Source of the DNA: Promethearchaeum syntrophicum
GTDB taxonomy: Archaea; Asgardarchaeota; Lokiarchaeia; Sigyniarchaeales; Promethearchaeaceae
Direction: 5' to 3'
DNA: 32,000 nucleotides
Assembly (NCBI RefSeq): GCF_008000775.2
Contig: NZ_CP042905.2
Location: forward strand, 2,100,001-2,132,000
In this document: in pieces, positions 26,218 through 32,000 of the stretch
How positions within the stretch are numbered: the stretch's first letter is position 1
Layout: each line of letters opens with the position of its first letter
Made by a program: the position numbers and the translations under genes
The notes under the pieces: model-generated
The model's input: only the letters and a program-made list of their open reading frames with translations
The model's database searches: none
What the model was told of the DNA's origin: nothing

Positions 26218-28557
26218 TTAAATGTTTTTCCGTTTTTTAATCGCTAAAATAACCGAAATCCCCGCCATAGCAGCCAAGAGTAAAATCGGATTATAACTTG
26301 AAATTGAAAATCCGGAAGAAATTTCAAAATTTTCACTTATACCATAAGTGCTATTATCGTTTGCATCAATAACTTTTATTTGATATTTTTTTGAACTACC
26401 TAGGTTTACAGGTATTGTCCAATTATAAGACCCATCGTTATAATATCCACCTTCGATTGTTTCTTTTAATTCTTCATTTTTTAAAACATTGAAATTTACT
26501 GCAGGAATGTAACCTGTCCATTCCCATAAAATATCGTAAGAAGAATTCTCTTCCCAAGATGAAGAACTATTCGGATGAAGAATGGTAATTGAGTTTTCAA
26601 CTTCACTTACTTGCAAAATCTCCAAGCCATTCCTATTACTCGCTAAGTATACATAGGATCCAGATACAAAAACATCTGAAGTATCATCTCCTTCATGGAA
26701 TTGTCCCACTTTCCTGGGGTTGATGGGATCCGAAATGTCAATAATTCCCAATCCATTATTGCCATCTGCCACATAGGCGTACACTCCTGAAATAAAAACA
26801 TCCATTGAAGCCTCAGAGTATTCACCAAGCAATCCGGGTGTGGTCGGGTCAGAAATATCAATAATCACCAACCCATTTAAAACATCAATCATATAAGCAT
26901 AAGATCCCGCTACATAAACGAATTTTGCTTCATCTCCATCAATATATTGACTCACCTCTGTGGGATCTGTTGGATCGGAAATATCAATTATTTCTAAACC
27001 GTCCGTTCCATCCGCCACGTAGGCATACGACCCCGAAACAAAAACATCGAATGTGAATGAATCAACATCATCATCGAATTCTCCTACTTTTGTGGGATTC
27101 GTCGGATCGGAAATATCAATAATCTCTAAACCATCCACACTATCCGCAATATATGCATACGTGCCCGAAATTTGAACACTCAATGCCTCTCCCCCATCAT
27201 CGAATTGTCCAACTTTCACGGGGTTGGTCGGGTCGGTAATATTAATAATCCCTAACCCAGAATAAGATTCAGCTATATACGCATACAACCCCGACACATA
27301 AACATCCTGATAATAACTATCTTCCTCGAAATGTCCCACTATTGTTGGTGTAGTTGGAGTACTTATGTCAATAATATGTAAACCATCATCTTCACCGACA
27401 ATGTAAGCATACGACCCCGAAACATAGACATCAGTTACATATCTACTATCTTTGAAATGCCCCGCTTCGGTGGGTGTTGTAGGATCTGAAATATTAAAAA
27501 TCTCTAAACCTTCAAAATAATCCGCCACATAGGCATAAGAACCTGACACATAGACACCATCTGCAGCACCATCACCACTGAATTGCCCTACTTCAGTGGG
27601 TATCGTAGGATCAGAAACGTCAATAATCTCTAAATCGATATCACCACCTGTTAGGTAAGCATACGAACCCGACACATAGACATTATTTGTTATTCCTCCA
27701 TCATTGAAATGCCCCACTTCCGTGGGTGTGGTAGGATCTGAAATGTCAATAATCCTTAAACCGAAATCATCTGCTGCTATATATGCATATGACCCCGAAA
27801 CATAAATCTCCACTGCATATCCCCAACCATTTAATTGCCCCACTTCCGTAGGGGTTGGGGGAACGGAAACGTCATAAATTTCTAAACCATCCGATCCATC
27901 TGCTACGTAAGCATATGATCCTGAAAAATAGACATTGAGTGCTTCACCACCATCATAGAATTGCCCCACTTCTGTAGGTGTGGTGGGATCGGAAACATTT
28001 AAAATTTTGAATCCATCTTCACCAGCAGCCAAGTACGCAAAAGACCCCGAAACATATACATCTATCGCATGATCCTCAACCGTAAATTGCCCCACTTCCG
28101 TGGGTGTGGTGGGATCAGAAATATCAATAATCTCTAAACCATCATAAAAATCCGTTATATAAGCATAGGACTCAGAGACAAATACTCCGATAACCTGTCC
28201 TCCATCATCGAATTGGCCTAATGCTGTGGGTGTGGTGGGATCGGAAATATCTAATATTTTAAGACCTCCATATGAATCAGCAATATATGCATATGTTCCA
28301 ACAATCATTACCTCCGATACTATCCCATCCAAAATGCCACCAATTTTTGTAGCCTCCTGTGAAAATGTTGATGATTTTGGATTTATTAATGGAAATTTTT
28401 CCATATCTTCCTTTTCTCCTTGTAGTTGAAAATTTTCGGAAGTTAATATTTGATCCTTCGAGTAATAAAGTGCAAAGAATCCACTGTTCAGAGTAAAAAT
28501 TACAGCGAGAATTAGGAAGATTTTTTTAATTTTGTTAAAAATTTTGGTATTTTTCAT
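26218..28557 (-). CDS. Surface-anchored LVIVD-repeat beta-propeller protein
   Basis: N-terminal signal, 14 repeats of about 42 aa (consensus VYVSGSYAYVADGxDGLEIIDISDPTTPTEVGQFxDG), C-terminal immunoglobulin-like segment 'SSSWEENSSYDILWEWTG' and TM anchor 'SSYNPILLLAAMAGISVILAIKKRKNI'. ATG at 28555-28557 preferred over GTG at 28566. Confidence 0.93.
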   Translation of the reverse strand: MKNTKIFNKIKKIFLILAVIFTLNSGFFALYYSKDQILTSENFQLQGEKEDMEKFPLINPKSSTFSQEATKIGGILDGIVSEVMIVGTYAYIADSYGGLKILDISDPTTPTALGQFDDGGQVIGVFVSESYAYITDFYDGLEIIDISDPTTPTEVGQFTVEDHAIDVYVSGSFAYLAAGEDGFKILNVSDPTTPTEVGQFYDGGEALNVYFSGSYAYVADGSDGLEIYDVSVPPTPTEVGQLNGWGYAVEIYVSGSYAYIAADDFGLRIIDISDPTTPTEVGHFNDGGITNNVYVSGSYAYLTGGDIDLEIIDVSDPTIPTEVGQFSGDGAADGVYVSGSYAYVADYFEGLEIFNISDPTTPTEAGHFKDSRYVTDVYVSGSYAYIVGEDDGLHIIDISTPTTPTIVGHFEEDSYYQDVYVSGLYAYIAESYSGLGIINITDPTNPVKVGQFDDGGEALSVQISGTYAYIADSVDGLEIIDISDPTNPTKVGEFDDDVDSFTFDVFVSGSYAYVADGTDGLEIIDISDPTDPTEVSQYIDGDEAKFVYVAGSYAYMIDVLNGLVIIDISDPTTPGLLGEYSEASMDVFISGVYAYVADGNNGLGIIDISDPINPRKVGQFHEGDDTSDVFVSGSYVYLASNRNGLEILQVSEVENSITILHPNSSSSWEENSSYDILWEWTGYIPAVNFNVLKNEELKETIEGGYYNDGSYNWTIPVNLGSSKKYQIKVIDANDNSTYGISENFEISSGFSISSYNPILLLAAMAGISVILAIKKRKNI
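26600..28311 (-). repeat. 14 tandem coding repeats of about 126 nt (LVIVD repeats)
   Basis: Recurring '..tcagaaatatcaataatctctaaacc..' and '..cccacttccgtgggtgtggt..' units at about 126-nt spacing, in frame. Confidence 0.9.
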
Positions 28558-28900
28558 TTTTATCACGTTTGAATTTAATAGTATTTCTCAAGACCATAAA
28601 AAAATCTAAAACATATTTTAATTAATTAATCAAAATCCTAATTTGATCTACCAATATATTTTCATTATCTATATTTAACATTTTTGTTTTCGAAATTAAC
28701 ATAAAGAAATTGGAATTACTAAATATAGATTAAATGATAAATATTGTAAAATTTGCTGGAAATACTTATGATGCAGATACGCACTTTAAAGATAAGTCGA
28801 TAGGGGGAAAAAAATTAAATAAAAAAATTTCTTCAATATATTTAAAATTATAGTGTAAAATCTAATTTTCTTTTTTATTTCCAAGCTAATTTACTCAAAT

Positions 28901-28928
28901 TGAAACACTTTTATATATTATTGTTTCA
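28901..28928 (+). promoter_or_regulatory. Candidate archaeal BRE/TATA promoter for the L10e gene, flanked by inverted repeat arms
   Basis: TGAAACA-CTTTTATATATTAT-TGTTTCA; BRE-like GAAAC followed by TTTTATATAT, about 90 nt upstream of the ATG at 29015. Confidence 0.55.
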
Positions 28929-29014
28929 TACTACCCTTTTCACAACTCCTAAATCGAAAAAATTTAATAAAATGCCGTTTTGGTCATATTATAAATTAAT
29001 ATAAATTGATTATA

Positions 29015-29602
29015 ATGGGAAGAAGACGTTGGAAGTGTTTTTCGGTATTTAGCAAAAAAGGATACCAAAAGAAAAGGTCCCGTAGTCATCGTAGGGAATT
29101 TGTTCGTGGAGGTGCCGATTCAAAGATTACTCGGTTTGATGTAGGTAATCGCGGAAAAAATGATTGGGAAATCAAAATCGGGATGATCTCAAAACGCAGT
29201 ATCATGATTTCACATTTCGCTCTTGAAGCCATTCGTGTTAACGTGAACAGACGACTTATTAAAAAAATTGGAAGACAGAATTTCCATCTAAAAATCAGAA
29301 AGCACCCACACACAACCTATCGCGAACACGCAATGATGAGTTTCGCTGGAGCGGATAGGTTATCAAGTGGTATGAGAAACGGTTTTGGTAGACCGGTTGG
29401 CAAATGTGCTCGAACACGTGCAGGGGATGTCATAATGGAAGTCGGGTGCTCATTTGCGCATGCAGAACAAGTAAAGCGCGCATTTTATATTGCAGACAAG
29501 AAGGTTTGTGTTCCAACCCGAATTGTATTATTGACCGCAGAGGATCCAGCCAACATTCCTAAAGTTTCTTTGCCGTATATTGATAATTTTATTCAAACTT
29601 AA
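29015..29602 (+). CDS. rpl10e: Large subunit ribosomal protein L10e (uL16 family)
   Basis: 'MGRRRWKCF...', 'FHLKIRKHPHTTYREHAMMSFAGADRLSSGMRNGFGRPVGKCARTRAGDVIMEV' matches L10e. ORF track begins at TTG 29006; the ATG at 29015 gives the MGRR start. Confidence 0.95.
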   Translation: MGRRRWKCFSVFSKKGYQKKRSRSHRREFVRGGADSKITRFDVGNRGKNDWEIKIGMISKRSIMISHFALEAIRVNVNRRLIKKIGRQNFHLKIRKHPHTTYREHAMMSFAGADRLSSGMRNGFGRPVGKCARTRAGDVIMEVGCSFAHAEQVKRAFYIADKKVCVPTRIVLLTAEDPANIPKVSLPYIDNFIQT

Positions 29603-29729
29603 ACAATTTCTTTTTTTTGGTTTTTATTAAAGATCAAATTCTAGGGGTATGCTTCCTAAATCAGTTAATTAATTATTATAATCAAAAGTTTTAAGGCATT
29701 TTGAGAATTGCATTAATTAGGGAATAAAT

Positions 29730-30923
29730 ATGACCAATTTACAGCAACTAAACAATATTCTTCGAATAAAAGTAGAATTATTATGCAATGGTATTATCAT
29801 TAAAGAGGAAACTCTGAATCGGCTTGAAAAAGCAGGACATTCTTTTAATTTTGGGAGAAAAGGAGGTGCGGGACCTGCAGGCGGAAGATATTTTCGTTTT
29901 TTAAACGGTTCTATAGCAAATACTCAAATTTATATTGATTCACACCCAAAATCAAGTTTAATAATTGAAGATATTGATGGAAATAATAATGTAAAATTGA
30001 ATGTAAAAAAAGGATCCAACATTCTACCAGTTCCTTTGCAACTCATTTCTGTTCCAAATTTTTATTCTTTGAAAAGCATGGAGAAGATACCTTATCAAAA
30101 AATTGCTTTGATGCATGGAGATCGAACTTTAGCCACTACAATTAATCAAAAATGCCGATATTGGAGGGCGGATCAACAGTGTAAGTTTTGTGCCCTCGAA
30201 TTTTCACTTAATAATGGAGCAACCATTGAACGAAAAAACGGTGCCCAGATAGTTGAAACTATTCAAGCAGCCCGAAAAGAAGATAAAGAATTTGCCGAGC
30301 ATTTGACTCTAACCATTGGAACTACTGAAACTCCCGATAAAGGTATGGCGGATTATCTAGAAGTTATTAAAGATATCCGTAAATCTTATCCTCATATTCC
30401 TATCCATATTCAAATTGAACCTATGAACGACATTTCATGGTATTCAAAACTTCATGCAGTTGGGGCAAATACAATTGGAATTCATCTGGAAATTCTGGAC
30501 CCCGAAAAAAGAGAGGAGATATGCCCGGGAAAAAATTTCATTCCATATGAAAAATATGTTGAACATTGGAAAGAATCAATTGAAGTTTTTGGGAAAAACC
30601 AAGTAAGCTCATTCATTTTAACGGGTTTTGATCGATTCGAAGATAAATTCGATTTTAGAAAAAAATTAGAAGAAATGGTGAAAATCGGTGTTATGCCATT
30701 AATTACACCAGCAAGATATTTAACTGGGGTAGAATACAAGATACCTGAAACCTCAAGTCAAAAATTCTACGATTTAGTAATATACGCAGCAAAACTGTGT
30801 GACAAATATGGATTAAATCCTGAAAAAAATCAAGCAGGTTGCATACGTTGTGGCGGGTGTTCTCCTATTATTGATGCATTCAAATTTGTTGTAGCCAAAA
30901 AAATAGCCCTAAATAAAAATTAA
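29730..30923 (+). CDS. Radical SAM protein, MSMEG_0568-like family
   Basis: 'GRKGGAGPAGGRYF', 'YQKIALMHGDRTLATTINQKCRYWRADQQCKFCALEFSL', 'GVNTIGIHLE'-like strand, 'PGK..IPYEKYVEHWKESIEVFGKNQVSSFILTG', C-terminal 'AGCIRCGGCSP'. Confidence 0.82.
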   Translation: MTNLQQLNNILRIKVELLCNGIIIKEETLNRLEKAGHSFNFGRKGGAGPAGGRYFRFLNGSIANTQIYIDSHPKSSLIIEDIDGNNNVKLNVKKGSNILPVPLQLISVPNFYSLKSMEKIPYQKIALMHGDRTLATTINQKCRYWRADQQCKFCALEFSLNNGATIERKNGAQIVETIQAARKEDKEFAEHLTLTIGTTETPDKGMADYLEVIKDIRKSYPHIPIHIQIEPMNDISWYSKLHAVGANTIGIHLEILDPEKREEICPGKNFIPYEKYVEHWKESIEVFGKNQVSSFILTGFDRFEDKFDFRKKLEEMVKIGVMPLITPARYLTGVEYKIPETSSQKFYDLVIYAAKLCDKYGLNPEKNQAGCIRCGGCSPIIDAFKFVVAKKIALNKN

Positions 30924-31585
30924 TTTTGATATTTTTTTTTATAAGTTTTAAAAACTTCTTCTACAATCTTTTCATTATTTGAATCTGAGCTAATTTTTTT
31001 TTTTAAATCATTTTCAATTGAACCTAGAAGAGCCATGATATGATTCTCAGGATAAATTGATCTTGTGATGATGTGTTTTGGGAGTTTATCATCGACGATG
31101 AAATTATCTACATTGGATAAATTTTCATCTATTCCTAAAAGGTTCATTAATCTGATTTTTATATCAGGAGTAATGTGATGTTCAAATTCACAAGCTAATT
31201 TATCTATCTGGTCAGGGTCGGTCATATTTAGGATTCTTTCAAAAAACAGTTCCATAACTACGTGGTTCATGATTAATTCTTTTCCGCGATCTTTCCCTTT
31301 TTTACTTAACCTAATACCTGATCGAGGTTTCCATTCAATTAATTTTGCAGAAGCAAGTTTTTCTAACATATTCGAAACTGATGGAGCTTTTACTTTCAAA
31401 CGTTCTGAAATTTCTTTATTTTTTACCCATCCCATAGGATTTTTTAAAGATAATCGATAGATCGCTTCTACATATTCATCATAACTTTCAGAATAAATTT
31501 TGTCTCTATTAGTGACACTTTTATAAATTGACGGATCTGAACTAGTTTTTTTTAAATCGGAATCCATTTTCTTTTCCACAATCAT
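30920..31585 (-). CDS. DtxR/MntR-family metal-dependent transcriptional regulator
   Basis: 'SESYDEYVEAIYRLSLKNPMGWVKNKEISERLKVKAPSVSNMLEKLASAKLIEWKPRSGIRLSKKGKDRG' plus dimerisation region 'ACEFEHHITPDIKIRLMNLLG'. Confidence 0.88.
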   Translation of the reverse strand: MIVEKKMDSDLKKTSSDPSIYKSVTNRDKIYSESYDEYVEAIYRLSLKNPMGWVKNKEISERLKVKAPSVSNMLEKLASAKLIEWKPRSGIRLSKKGKDRGKELIMNHVVMELFFERILNMTDPDQIDKLACEFEHHITPDIKIRLMNLLGIDENLSNVDNFIVDDKLPKHIITRSIYPENHIMALLGSIENDLKKKISSDSNNEKIVEEVFKTYKKKYQN

Positions 31586-31614
31586 TCCAAATAAAGAACA
31601 CCTAAAAAAATTTA

Positions 31615-32000
31615 TTATGCTAAACTAAAATATTCAAATTCACTTAACTTAAAGTTTATAACTTTCTTATTTCTTAAGAATTCTAAATGCTTTTTTGTCC
31701 TAGCTAATGCAAAAAACAATTGATCTTTTGAAATCCCCGGCACTCCACAAGCAATTAAGATTATATTCTTTGAATTTCTTGTCACCATGGAAAATTTTGA
31801 ATCTCGATACGGATATTGACTCAATATAGTATCCTTTTTATCACTAATGACTAAAGTATTTGGGGGCAAATTTTTAACATCCATTCCAATTGGAATAAAT
31901 GTTTCATTTTTTTGTGTTAAACGAAAAACAATTGGATAATCAAATGTTTCGATATCGTATGCTCCCATAGGTATTAATGCTGCTGCACTAGCCCAATTAT
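31615..32000 (-). CDS. B3/B4 (phenylalanyl-tRNA synthetase beta-like) domain protein, 5' end beyond window
   Basis: Frame stays open past the tracked ATG (31968) to the window edge: ...NWASAAALIPMGAYDIETFDYPIVFRLTQKNETFIPIG...YPYRDSKFSMVTRNSKNIILIACGVPGI...; B3/4-like layout. Confidence 0.7.
   Translation of the reverse strand, partial: NWASAAALIPMGAYDIETFDYPIVFRLTQKNETFIPIGMDVKNLPPNTLVISDKKDTILSQYPYRDSKFSMVTRNSKNIILIACGVPGISKDQLFFALARTKKHLEFLRNKKVINFKLSEFEYFSLA

Noticed and set aside
26600-28311. Regularly spaced near-identical blocks resembling a repeat array/CRISPR
   Set aside because: Units are about 126 nt, contiguous with no spacers, in frame and encode LVIVD repeats.
29603-29729. Checked with other spacers for tRNA, rRNA or snoRNA-like genes
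   Set aside because: No GTTCRA T-arm, acceptor pairing or C/D box set seen; sequence is uniformly AT-rich.

Overview
This is a low-GC, densely coded window on a conserved-looking chromosome. It shows archaeal traits: ribosomal protein L10e, BRE/TATA-like promoter elements, an FKBP-type SlyD homologue, an aldehyde:ferredoxin oxidoreductase and a TM2/zinc-ribbon protein. The gene mix is compatible with an Asgard (Lokiarchaeia-like) archaeon, but taxonomy cannot be proven from this window. I support 25 protein genes, two of them truncated by the window edges. The clearest functional unit is a minus-strand citrate/isocitrate operon: aconitase, the two ATP-citrate lyase subunits, and a monomeric NADP-isocitrate dehydrogenase. 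A divergent two-module winged-HTH regulator flanks it. Other notable loci: (i) a probable ECF-transporter S component followed by surface proteins with sulfite-oxidase-fold-like and ethylbenzene-dehydrogenase/DOMON-like domains; (ii) a NikR homologue with a His-rich insertion upstream of a tungsten AOR-family enzyme, with two adjacent palindromes in its promoter region; (iii) a 14-repeat LVIVD surface protein; (iv) an orphan MSMEG_0568-family radical SAM protein with a C-x8-C-x2-C motif; (v) an acyl-CoA synthetase (ADP-forming)-like protein that seems to lack the phospho-His segment. I found no CRISPR array, tRNA, rRNA, transposon or recognisable defence system. The best candidates for something undescribed are (i) and (ii); both are hypotheses.
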